From Clostridia bacterium (GTDB lineage: Bacteria > Bacillota > Clostridia > RUG12999): DNA of 64,000 nt. The notes under the pieces were generated by a model. The model was not told the origin of the DNA. It was given only the letters and a program-made list of their open reading frames with translations, and did no database searches. The position numbers were made by a program, and so were the translations under genes. Where the stretch lies: NCBI GenBank assembly GCA_017396395.1, contig JAFQMF010000015.1:139940-203939 (forward strand). Reading direction: 5' to 3'. Shown piece by piece: positions 33,880 through 45,046 of the stretch; position 1 is the first letter of the stretch; the number at the start of each line of letters is the position of its first letter.

Positions 33880-35829
33880 ATGAAAAAAATAATATCACTA
33901 ATTTTAATAGTATTAATTGTACTTTCTTTTAATATTACAGTATTCGCATTTAAACTTCCAAACAGCTTCTGGACGCCTAATTCAAATTATGAAACAGCGA
34001 TAACTACTGGAAATCATCAGGATATTATCAAGTATGGAAACCAGATTATCAGTATAGTAAATGCTCTTCCCGATTGTGCTGAAAAAGCTGATATTTTAAT
34101 TACAAGATATAATCAGGTAGGCCTTTCATATGCAGAAATAGGGGACTATGACAGCAGTGCCAAAATGTTTTTGGCACTGAATAATCTTGCTGAAAATTAT
34201 GGTGACAAATATTTTGAATATCTTCGCCCTGCAATGCCCAGAGTAAATCAATACACATCAAGGGCAGAGCTTTATACAGATGGAGGAACATCTCCCTTTT
34301 ATGGGGCAAAAAACGAAAAGAATAATGGAGTATTATTTGGACTTTGTGCAGATGCAGCTTCAAGACCCTTTTTAGAAAATGAATCAATGATGCTTATATA
34401 TCATATTTTGGGTGACCCTTTTTTACCCATTAATATTAATTATATGAATGAAGCATCAGATAAAGGACTGGCTGTTGAATTTGCCCTTAACTGTTTATAT
34501 GAGGGAACTGATATTCAAAATATCACATCAAAACAAGGAAATTTACAGGAAATATCAAATATATTTAAGAATTATCCTGATATGCCTATTTATCTTCGAT
34601 TTGGTGCTGAGTTTGATGTATGGTCAAATCAGGCAAATCCCGAAAGCTATAAAAAGGCATTTAAATATGTAGCGGATTTTTTTCATACAAGAAATCCTAA
34701 TGTTGCCATAGTATGGAGTCCTAATCAGGTATCAGGATGGTATATAAATACAGATGATTTTTATCCTGGTGACAGCTATGTTGATTGGGTAGGAGTGTCT
34801 TTATATTCTCAAAAATATTTTCAGGGAATTAAAAACCAAAAAGATTTAGACCAGCTGTTTTTTAGAACGGGACGTAATTCTGACCCTGTAATTGCAGTTA
34901 AGGAAATAGTAGAAAAGTATGGTAACAGAAAGCCTATTATGATATCTGAAGGTGGCTGCGGACACCATTTAATGTCAGGCGGTACACAGATAGAAAATAT
35001 AACAGACTTTGCACTTGCAAGGCTTAAAGAGCAGCTTTATTATCTTCCTATGGTTTACCCTCAAATTAAACTGATGGCATATTTTGACACATATGTTTAT
35101 GGTGCAGGGGAGAAGGATGACTATAGGCTTTCCAGCAATAAGCTAATGCAAGATGAGTATATAAAAATTACTAAGCAGGCAAGGTTTATTCAAGACGGGT
35201 ATAGTGGCAGTACAGATTTTGCTTACAGAAAAATGTATGAAGGAATTACTGTAGAAAGCGTATTTCCAGTATCATGCTATGCACATAAGTACAATACAGA
35301 TGTAGATAGTGTAACCTATTTTATTGATGGGATATATGCAGAAACATCAAAGGAAATTCCCTACACAAGTTATATTAACGCTGAAAACTTAAGCGGAGTT
35401 CATACTCTTAAGGCGGTTATACAGTTCAAAAATGGACAGAGTATGGAAACCTTTTGCAGAATAAATATTAATAATTCTTTTGAGGATATTTCAGTTGATA
35501 TATTAGGTAAAAAAATACAGTTTGACCAAAAACCGATTTTGTATAACAACAGAACAATGGTTCCTATGAGAAAAATATTTGAAGAGCTTGGCGCTAAGGT
35601 GTTATGGGATGGGCAAACCCAGACAGCTACAGGAGTAAAAGGAAATTTGAAAGTTAAATTTACAGTAGGCAGTAATATAATGTATGTTGGAAACAAAGCA
35701 ATTCAACTTGATACATTTCCCATAGTAGTTTCCGGTAGAACTCTTGTGCCTGTACGAGCTATTGCTGAAGGTATGGGCTGTCTTGTAAATTGGGATGATG
35801 CCACAAAAACCGTATTAATTAACCCTTAA
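33880..35829 (+). CDS. Secreted GH26/COG4124-like glycoside hydrolase fused to two C-terminal copper-amine-oxidase N-terminal-like domains
   Basis: Signal peptide present. A (beta/alpha)8-type region with candidate catalytic Glu residues (YLRFGAEFDVW, IMISEGG) is followed by two CuAO-N-like repeats. Confidence 0.5.
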   Translation: MKKIISLILIVLIVLSFNITVFAFKLPNSFWTPNSNYETAITTGNHQDIIKYGNQIISIVNALPDCAEKADILITRYNQVGLSYAEIGDYDSSAKMFLALNNLAENYGDKYFEYLRPAMPRVNQYTSRAELYTDGGTSPFYGAKNEKNNGVLFGLCADAASRPFLENESMMLIYHILGDPFLPININYMNEASDKGLAVEFALNCLYEGTDIQNITSKQGNLQEISNIFKNYPDMPIYLRFGAEFDVWSNQANPESYKKAFKYVADFFHTRNPNVAIVWSPNQVSGWYINTDDFYPGDSYVDWVGVSLYSQKYFQGIKNQKDLDQLFFRTGRNSDPVIAVKEIVEKYGNRKPIMISEGGCGHHLMSGGTQIENITDFALARLKEQLYYLPMVYPQIKLMAYFDTYVYGAGEKDDYRLSSNKLMQDEYIKITKQARFIQDGYSGSTDFAYRKMYEGITVESVFPVSCYAHKYNTDVDSVTYFIDGIYAETSKEIPYTSYINAENLSGVHTLKAVIQFKNGQSMETFCRININNSFEDISVDILGKKIQFDQKPILYNNRTMVPMRKIFEELGAKVLWDGQTQTATGVKGNLKVKFTVGSNIMYVGNKAIQLDTFPIVVSGRTLVPVRAIAEGMGCLVNWDDATKTVLINP

Positions 35830-35911
35830 TAGTAAAAAGCAGTGATAAAAGTTAGCTAACACAATATAAGGAAATTATGTTTTTTATAAATATTTTTTCT
35901 TTGTACTATGT

Positions 35912-35952
35912 AAAAAAGTCCCGTAATACTGATGTATTACGGGACTTTTAAT
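35912..35952. terminator. Bidirectional terminator
   Basis: aaagtcccgtaatac-tgatg-tattacgggacttt hairpin. Confidence 0.65.
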
Positions 35953-36043
35953 CCTTATCTGAAGAAAAATCAGATTATTAAAATTGCTGTGCTACCCAAA
36001 ATCAAAAATTTAGTATGATAACATTAATCTGAACATTTGTTTT

Positions 36044-36616
36044 TTATCTGCGAAATGATACTTTTTCCGCACTCATACTGTCAATTAAAGCAAGAGACTC
36101 TATTCTGATACCCTTTTCCCGTAGCTGGTCGCCACCACCTTGAAATCCTTTTTCAATAGCGATTGCAACGCCTACAAGCTCAGCCTCTGCCTGAGATACA
36201 ATACTTATAAGACCGTGGAGTGCATTTCCTCTTGCAAGAAAATCGTCAATAATAAGAATTTTATCGTTTTTATCTAAATATTCCTTGCTTACAACTGCAT
36301 CATATGTATTTCCGTGAGTAAATGAATGAACAGAAGCACTATAAACGTCATTTGCAATATTATTTGATTTATCTTTTTTTGCAAAAACAAAAGGTACATT
36401 CATTTTTGCTGCTGCCACAGTTGCAATAGCAATACCTGAGGACTCAATAGTAAGAATCTTAGTAACCCCTGTTCCTTCGTATAATCGGGAAATTTCTTCA
36501 CCCATTTTCATTAAAAAAGAAACATCAATTTGCTGGTTTAAAAAGCTTCCTACCTTCAAAATGTGCTCATTAATAATTTTACCTTCTTTTAATATTTTTT
36601 CTTCAAGTTCAAGCAT
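36044..36616 (-). CDS. xpt: Xanthine phosphoribosyltransferase
   Basis: 190 aa. Canonical Xpt with the PRPP-binding motif ILIIDDFLARG. Confidence 0.9.
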   Translation of the reverse strand: MLELEEKILKEGKIINEHILKVGSFLNQQIDVSFLMKMGEEISRLYEGTGVTKILTIESSGIAIATVAAAKMNVPFVFAKKDKSNNIANDVYSASVHSFTHGNTYDAVVSKEYLDKNDKILIIDDFLARGNALHGLISIVSQAEAELVGVAIAIEKGFQGGGDQLREKGIRIESLALIDSMSAEKVSFRR

Positions 36617-36651
36617 TATTTTATCCGTCCTTATGTAATATAGTTAATAAA

Positions 36652-38819
<2,168 letters not shown>

Positions 38820-38826
38820 CTTACAA

Positions 38827-40020
38827 TTAAAACCTTCTGATATATTTTTTTATTGGGTAATTCTTTGCGGTTTCTGCCATCAGGGCTTCCTTTACGGAAT
38901 TTGTTGCAAACACAAATTCACCATCTGTATCAATAACTGTAATATTCCCGAAAATTTCTTTAGCTTTATCCTCGGTGAATGACTTGTCCGCCCTTACCAC
39001 AAAGGAAGCGGTTTCTGAAGATATATCCTTCATAAAGTCATCGCCACAGTTTTCCCACATAATCTTTGCACAGTTACCAACGGCAATTTCAATTATGTCA
39101 GATACAACCGCACTTGCTGTAGGAAGTTTGCCTGCACCACGACCATAAAACATAACATCACCGATTGCGTTACCGCGAACTAATATAGCGTTAAAAACAT
39201 CACTGGTATTTGCAAGTGCAGTACCTTTAGGAATAAGCATAGGGGACACTCTTGCAAAAACTTCATCTTCATCCTTTTTGCAGTAGCCGATAAGCTTAAT
39301 TACGCTATCAAGCTTTTCTGCATATTTAACATCTGAAAGGTCAATATTTGTAATACCTTCTGTATATATTTTATCAGGGGAAAGCTGTTTACCAAAAGCC
39401 AGGTCAGCTAAAATTGCAATTTTTCTGCAGGCGTCAATTCCATCTACATCAGCACTTGGATTAGCCTCAGCATAGCCAAGCTCCTGAGCATTTTTTAAAG
39501 CAACATCAAAGCTTTGACCATTTTGAATCATTTGTGTTAAAATATAGTTGGTAGTACCATTTAAAATACCAAAAATTTCAGAAATTTCATTGGCAGCAAG
39601 ACAGGTGTACATAGGATGTATAATAGGAATACCTCCGCCTACACTTGCTTCGAAAAGATATTTAACCCCATTTTCCTGTGCCAGTTTTAAAAGCTCAGCA
39701 CCGTGAGTTGCAACAAGCTCCTTGTTAGAGGTTACAACATTTTTACCTGCCATAAGAGCTTTTTTTGTATAGTCAAAGGCAAAGGTTTTTCCGCCGATTA
39801 CCTCAGCTATTACAGTTACTTCTTTGTCAGCTAAAATATCCTCAAAGTCCTTTGTAAAAAGCTCACTGTGGGGATGATTTGAAAAATCCCTTATGTCAAG
39901 TATATGAGAAACAGTAATAGGCTCTCCTGCTCTTTTTTCAATACCTTCAGCATTTTCATTTAAAACTTCGTAAACTCCTGAGCCTACTGTACCAAAACCT
40001 AAAATTGCAACTTTTGCCAT
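38827..40020 (-). CDS. hom: Homoserine dehydrogenase
   Basis: N-terminal NAD(P)-binding GxGxVG, catalytic domain and C-terminal ACT-like domain. Confidence 0.9.
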   Translation of the reverse strand: MAKVAILGFGTVGSGVYEVLNENAEGIEKRAGEPITVSHILDIRDFSNHPHSELFTKDFEDILADKEVTVIAEVIGGKTFAFDYTKKALMAGKNVVTSNKELVATHGAELLKLAQENGVKYLFEASVGGGIPIIHPMYTCLAANEISEIFGILNGTTNYILTQMIQNGQSFDVALKNAQELGYAEANPSADVDGIDACRKIAILADLAFGKQLSPDKIYTEGITNIDLSDVKYAEKLDSVIKLIGYCKKDEDEVFARVSPMLIPKGTALANTSDVFNAILVRGNAIGDVMFYGRGAGKLPTASAVVSDIIEIAVGNCAKIMWENCGDDFMKDISSETASFVVRADKSFTEDKAKEIFGNITVIDTDGEFVFATNSVKEALMAETAKNYPIKKYIRRF

Positions 40021-40105
40021 GTTTGTATATCCTCCGTAAAATTACTAATAATATATATATTACAACATTTTTCATAAAAAATCAAGTTTTTTAAGTAATT
40101 TTAGC

Positions 40106-40134
40106 TTGCTAAAAATGCAAAAGTATGGTAAAAT
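40106..40134 (+). promoter_or_regulatory. Sigma-A promoter of the ApgM-family gene
   Basis: TTGCTA, 17-nt spacer, TGgTAAAAT. Confidence 0.45.
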
Positions 40135-40186
40135 ATTTTAAAAAGGTTTTAATGATTATTTAAGTGATACAGAAAGGAAATAGAAA

Positions 40187-41398
40187 ATGAAGTATCTTGT
40201 TCTTTTAGGCGATGGAATGGCAGATTATAAAAATGAAGAGCTTAGTGGAAAAACTCCTCTTGAACTTGCAAATAAACCCTATATTGATTCTTTGGCACAA
40301 AAAGGGATTATGGGTATGGTAAAAACCGTACCTGAAACTTTAAAACCTGGTAGTGACGTGGCAAATCTTTCTGTTATGGGATATGACCCCTTAAGGTATT
40401 ATACAGGGCGTTCGCCTCTTGAAGCGGCAAGTATGAGAGTAAAGCTTCTTCCAACTGATATAACCTTCAGAGTTAATCTTGTAACACTTTCAGAGGAAGA
40501 AAAATATGAGGATAAAACTATGGTGGATTACTCTGCTGGAGAAATTTCCACTGAGGAATCCAAAGAAATTATAAAAAGTATAGCAAAAGCTTTAAACACA
40601 AATGAAATGGAGTTTCATAACGGAATTTCATATCGTCACCTTCTTGTATGGCATAATGCTGAAATGGATTTTGATTTAACTCCTCCTCACGATATTTCAG
40701 GCAGAGTTGTAAAGGATTATATGCCAAAAGGTAAATATGGTGAAATTATATCTGCTCTTATGAAAAAGAGTATTGAAATTTTAAAAGACCATCCTGTAAA
40801 TAAAAAGAGAATTGCGGAAGGTAAAAATCCTGCAAATTCTATCTGGATTTGGGGAGAGGGCACTGCTCCTGCACTTGACGATTTTAAAACAAAGTTTGGA
40901 ATTTCAGGTAGTGTTGTTTCTGCTGTTGACCTTGTAAAAGGTATTGGCGTATGCGGAAATATGAATATTGTAGAAGTGGAAGGTGCTACAGGTACATACC
41001 ATACGAATTTTGAAGGTAAAGCAAAAGCTGCTTTGGAAGAATTTAAAAAGGGACAGGATTTTGTATATCTTCATTTTGAAGGTCCGGATGAATGCGGACA
41101 TCAGGGGGATATTAAAGGCAAAATTGAGGCTATTGAGCGAATTGACGAAAGGGCACTTAAAATCATTTTAGAGGGTTTAAGAGAAATGGGAGAGGACTAC
41201 TCCGTATTAGTGCTTCCTGACCATCCTACTCCTCTCAGTCTTCGTACTCATGTGCGTGATGCTGTTCCATTTATTCTATACAGAAGTAACGATGAAAAAA
41301 ATAATCCTGATGTAAAATACACTGAGGATTTTGCAGAAAAAACAGGGCTTAAGCTTGCTCATGGTTATGAGCTTATGGAAATGTTTTTAAATAAATAA
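40187..41398 (+). CDS. ApgM-family (archaeal-type cofactor-independent phosphoglycerate mutase-like) metalloenzyme; candidate homoserine kinase
   Basis: 403 aa with ApgM-family N- and C-terminal metal-binding motifs (LLGDGMAD, DVANLS, HFEGPDECGH, LPDHPTP). Divergent from hom. A canonical gpmI exists elsewhere in the window. Confidence 0.75.
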   Translation: MKYLVLLGDGMADYKNEELSGKTPLELANKPYIDSLAQKGIMGMVKTVPETLKPGSDVANLSVMGYDPLRYYTGRSPLEAASMRVKLLPTDITFRVNLVTLSEEEKYEDKTMVDYSAGEISTEESKEIIKSIAKALNTNEMEFHNGISYRHLLVWHNAEMDFDLTPPHDISGRVVKDYMPKGKYGEIISALMKKSIEILKDHPVNKKRIAEGKNPANSIWIWGEGTAPALDDFKTKFGISGSVVSAVDLVKGIGVCGNMNIVEVEGATGTYHTNFEGKAKAALEEFKKGQDFVYLHFEGPDECGHQGDIKGKIEAIERIDERALKIILEGLREMGEDYSVLVLPDHPTPLSLRTHVRDAVPFILYRSNDEKNNPDVKYTEDFAEKTGLKLAHGYELMEMFLNK

Positions 41399-41417
41399 TC
41401 TGTAGGGTTGATTTTAA

Positions 41418-42056
41418 ATGACTAAAAAACAGCTTGTTTTAGAAATTAAAAAACTATTGGATATTCAGTATCCTGAAGCAGAGTGTACACTTGATTATAA
41501 AGACCCTTTGCAACTTTTAATAGCAACTCAGCTTGCGGCACAATGCACCGATGCAAGAGTTAATATTGTAACCCCTTCACTTTTTGCAAAATATCCCGAT
41601 GCTAAAGCTTTTGCAAATGCGGATATAAAGGAACTGGAAAGTTATATTTATTCAACAGGATTTTATCACAATAAGGCGAAAAATATAATTGAATGCTGCA
41701 AAAAAATATTGTCAGATTTTGGTGGAAAAGTTCCTGAAACAATGGAGGAGCTGACCTCACTTGCAGGAGTAGGAAGAAAAACAGCAAATATTATTATAGG
41801 GGATATTCACCATAATCCTGCAGTTGTGGTGGATACCCACTGTAAGCGTATTGCAAAAAGGCTGGGGCTTACAAAAAATACTGACCCTACCAAAGTGGAA
41901 TTTGATTTAATAAAAATTCTTCCACCTGATTACACATATATTTTCTGTCACCAGATTGTACTTCACGGAAGAAAATATTGTAAATCTCAAAATCCCGATT
42001 GTGCAAATTGTCCTTTGAAGGAAATTTGTAAAAAAGTGGGTGTGAAGGAGAAATAA
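41418..42056 (+). CDS. nth: Endonuclease III
   Basis: HhH-GPD motif (LAGVGRKTANII), catalytic Lys/Asp, and C-terminal 4Fe-4S CxxxxxxCxxC...C. Confidence 0.9.
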   Translation: MTKKQLVLEIKKLLDIQYPEAECTLDYKDPLQLLIATQLAAQCTDARVNIVTPSLFAKYPDAKAFANADIKELESYIYSTGFYHNKAKNIIECCKKILSDFGGKVPETMEELTSLAGVGRKTANIIIGDIHHNPAVVVDTHCKRIAKRLGLTKNTDPTKVEFDLIKILPPDYTYIFCHQIVLHGRKYCKSQNPDCANCPLKEICKKVGVKEK

Positions 42057-42057
42057 T

Positions 42058-42264
42058 ATGAAGCTTGGAAAATACAGACATTATAAAGGGGGAGAGTATC
42101 AGCTTTTAGATATTGCCCTTCATAGTGAAACTTTAGAAGAATATGTAATTTACAAGGCACTTTACGGAGAAGGTAAAATGTGGATAAGACCAAAGAAGAT
42201 GTTTTTTGAGGATATTACAAGAGATGGAAAAACCTTCAAACGATTTGAGTATATAGGCCAGTGA
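42058..42264 (+). CDS. DUF1653-family small protein
   Basis: 68 aa. Has the YRHYKGGEY motif. Its start overlaps the nth stop. Confidence 0.55.
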   Translation: MKLGKYRHYKGGEYQLLDIALHSETLEEYVIYKALYGEGKMWIRPKKMFFEDITRDGKTFKRFEYIGQ

Positions 42265-42298
42265 AAAAAAGGGATGTTATCTAACATCCCTTTTAATA
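42265..42298. terminator. Bidirectional terminator
   Basis: aaagggatgtta-tc-taacatcccttt perfect hairpin. Confidence 0.65.
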
Positions 42299-42306
42299 TT
42301 TAATAT

Positions 42307-43590
42307 TTACTCAATTTTAAATATATTATATCTCGTTCCTACATAAGACCAGTTAGAGGAGAAGGGATTCATAAAGTTCCAGTATCCTGCACCCCGAAGG
42401 GAAAACTCATCTACCAAGTTAAATTTTTCTCTTATGCTTCGTACATCTTCAAACCATACAATATGCTTGTTTCCGCCTGCATCATTATATTCAAAAAACG
42501 GACTTGCCGATACATCGTCAAACTGAATTTCTGCACGATTTTCTGCTGCAATACGCAGAGCTGTTTCGTTGCCGATTCCGGTAGCCCTTGAAACACCTTT
42601 TTGGTAAGGAAGCGTCCAGTCATAGGCATAGTTTGGAATACCCAGCAGAATTTTTGAATTATCTATTACGCTTACTGCATATTCTACAACACGTCTTACC
42701 TCATCAATGGGAGCAATTGCACGGGGAGGACCATAAGTATAACCCCATTCATATGTCATAAGCATTACAGTATTTGCGGCAGCACCAATAGCGGCGTAGT
42801 CGTGTCCTTCATATACACTGCCTTGTTGTGTATCTGAAACCTTAGGAGCAAGGTCCACATTTACAGTATATCCTCTTTCGTTTAATCGGGTTGTAATATT
42901 TTCCACAAAGGAAGAATAAGCATCTCTGTCCTCAGGCTTTATATACTCGAAATCAATATCAAGACCTAAATATCCTTTTTCTTCCATAGTGGATAATACG
43001 TTTTCAATTACTCTGTTTTGAATAGCAGAATTATTAAAAATCAGGCTGGCAATATCGCTGTCAAAGTTGCCGTCTTCTGTAAGGGAAGTTATAAGCATAT
43101 AGGGTGCAACCTTATAGCTGTACATAGTGTCAATTAAAGAGGTATCATTAAGTGATAAAAGCTCACCTTCTCTTGTAAAGCCGTATCCAAAAATGGCACA
43201 TCCGCTTGCATAGGGAAGAGTTCGTCTTAATACAGTTTCGTTAATATTAGGATAAATAAAACCATAAATGTATTTTTCTGTACGCCCCTGGTCTCGGTAA
43301 TTTATAACAAGCTGTTGCCCTGGATATATTGTTCGGTTTACTGCCGCTTCAGGATTTCTTTGCATAAGCTGTAATTCGGTAACTCCGTAAAGCCGTGCAA
43401 TAGTAAACAGAGAGTCTCCTTCCTTTACTGTATGTACAGTTTCGGGAATTAAAATTATAAGAGCCTGACCCACTACCAAAAATGGCTGTCGGTCAAGCCC
43501 GTTATCAATTGTTATCCGCCTTGCAGATACTCCGTAAAAGGAAGCTATGGAAGATATAGTTTCATTTGGTTTTACAATATGAATAATCAT
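42307..43590 (-). CDS. sleL: Spore peptidoglycan hydrolase SleL/YaaH-like (2x LysM + GH18)
   Basis: Two N-terminal LysM repeats, then a GH18 domain with the DIDFE catalytic motif (LGLDIDFEY). GGGGGAATA RBS before the ATG at 43590. Confidence 0.8.
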   Translation of the reverse strand: MIIHIVKPNETISSIASFYGVSARRITIDNGLDRQPFLVVGQALIILIPETVHTVKEGDSLFTIARLYGVTELQLMQRNPEAAVNRTIYPGQQLVINYRDQGRTEKYIYGFIYPNINETVLRRTLPYASGCAIFGYGFTREGELLSLNDTSLIDTMYSYKVAPYMLITSLTEDGNFDSDIASLIFNNSAIQNRVIENVLSTMEEKGYLGLDIDFEYIKPEDRDAYSSFVENITTRLNERGYTVNVDLAPKVSDTQQGSVYEGHDYAAIGAAANTVMLMTYEWGYTYGPPRAIAPIDEVRRVVEYAVSVIDNSKILLGIPNYAYDWTLPYQKGVSRATGIGNETALRIAAENRAEIQFDDVSASPFFEYNDAGGNKHIVWFEDVRSIREKFNLVDEFSLRGAGYWNFMNPFSSNWSYVGTRYNIFKIE

Positions 43591-43669
43591 TTTTATTCCC
43601 CCTTTTTTGACAGTATATTCAAAAACAGGGCAAAATATGAAAAAAAGGCTGTATAAACAGCCTTTTTTC

Positions 43670-44719
43670 TTAAATCGCATTATAAAGTCTTTTAACAGTA
43701 ATCAATGCCTGTTCTACAGAGTAGCCGTATGCGGGTGAGAAATAACCTTCTCCCATACCACCCATAACTGCAAGATTGTTTTTCTTATCTTTTATTTTTG
43801 CAACTGTGTAAATATCATTATATGACCATGAGCTGAACGCAGGTGAATCCACATATTCTTCTACGGTAATGGAGGGAATTTTAATCTTTAAATAGGAGGC
43901 TGTTCTGGAAAGCATAGAAGCAGCCTGTTCACGAGTTAAAAGTCCATCTGGTGAAAAAATTGCATCTCCCATACCCTTAATAATTCCGCAACTGCTTACA
44001 AAGTCAATAACTAAATCGTTGTTTGTATCGGTAAATTTAGAAACAGGGTTAGCACCTAGTGATTTAATATATTTATCATAGCTTATGTTGCATTTTTCCA
44101 GTAGTTTTGCCATAACGTGAGCGAATTCACCACGAGTAATTTGCCTTTTAAAATTGTTACCGCTATACAACTCCTGGGTAATAAGACCAATGTCAAAAGC
44201 CTCGCTTACTTCACTTACTGCCCAATCACTAAGATTAGGGTTGTTATTAGTAACAGGCACATCAGGGGGATTTTCGTCAGAATTATAAATTTCAGGCTCA
44301 CCTACAACAATAAATACATATGAGCCCTTATCTTCATCTTTGGTAGAAAGAACAAGTAAATGAGCACCTTCATTTATTTGAGTTTCTGTTAAGTTTCCGT
44401 CAAGGTAGGTGATTATGTCGGACAGATAATTCTCTGCTATTTCATATTCAATACCCGTATTGTCAAATTTAAGAAGAGTAATATCAGTAAAAAGTCCGTT
44501 ATCAGCATCACCCTTAAAGGTCATTGTAACAGGCTTATCAAACATAAGCACAGGCTCTTCACCCATCATTTTAAAGGTTGCTTCCTGTGAAAAAATAGCA
44601 ACAGTATTTACTGCATTCATATTGTAGGATTTGTCCTTATACTGGTCTGCGAAAACAGGAACAGTACATATAATAATTAAAGTTATGAGAAAGGCTAATA
44701 TTTTTTTCATAAAATCCAT
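43670..44719 (-). CDS. S-layer-homology (SLH) domain cell-surface protein
   Basis: Signal peptide, an N-terminal domain of unknown function, and three C-terminal SLH repeats (ITRGEFAHVMAKLL, LTREQAASMLSRT, YSVEQALITVKRLY). Exact start among three close ATGs is uncertain. Confidence 0.7.
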   Translation of the reverse strand: MDFMKKILAFLITLIIICTVPVFADQYKDKSYNMNAVNTVAIFSQEATFKMMGEEPVLMFDKPVTMTFKGDADNGLFTDITLLKFDNTGIEYEIAENYLSDIITYLDGNLTETQINEGAHLLVLSTKDEDKGSYVFIVVGEPEIYNSDENPPDVPVTNNNPNLSDWAVSEVSEAFDIGLITQELYSGNNFKRQITRGEFAHVMAKLLEKCNISYDKYIKSLGANPVSKFTDTNNDLVIDFVSSCGIIKGMGDAIFSPDGLLTREQAASMLSRTASYLKIKIPSITVEEYVDSPAFSSWSYNDIYTVAKIKDKKNNLAVMGGMGEGYFSPAYGYSVEQALITVKRLYNAI

Positions 44720-44964
44720 CATTCCTTTATCTATTTGTGCTAAGTATATTATACAATAGGCATATATTATTGTCAATAAAACAAAGTGTAAATTTTTTGT
44801 TAACCTTTGTTAAAGATAACATAAAAAGGATATTTGTTGGTTTAATAACAGGGGAGTTGCTCATAAATATAGATATGGACTGATTTGAAAAAACACTTCT
44901 TTTTTTAGGTGGTTTTTTCATATATTTAATGGTAAAAATATTTATGTATCTTTGTCGTATTCGG

Positions 44965-44993
44965 TTGACTTTTGTAATACCCTGTGGTATAAT
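44965..44993 (+). promoter_or_regulatory. Sigma-A promoter of the DHHW-MBOAT-DHHW-mntP operon
   Basis: TTGACT, 17-nt spacer, TGgTATAAT. Confidence 0.55.
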
Positions 44994-45046
44994 ATACAGG
45001 TATATGATATGATGTGTTATTTGCGTATTTTAGAAGGGAGTTTCAT

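Noticed and set aside
36031-36042. LexA-box-like GAACATTTGTTT immediately 3' of the xpt stop
   Set aside because: It is an 11/12 match but isolated, with no downstream gene or promoter in either orientation between the terminator (35912-35952) and the xpt 3' end. It is most likely chance in AT-rich DNA.
44727-44921. 64-aa minus-strand ORF in the region upstream of the DHHW operon
   Set aside because: It sits in an AT-rich promoter region, has no RBS, and would need to read into the SLH gene's own start region. It is not credible.
45014-45046. Upstream in-frame ATG extending the DHHW protein by 11 codons
   Set aside because: It lies within about 20 nt of the TATAAT -10 element, so it is probably upstream of the transcription start. 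The ATG at 45047 has a GAAGGGAG RBS.
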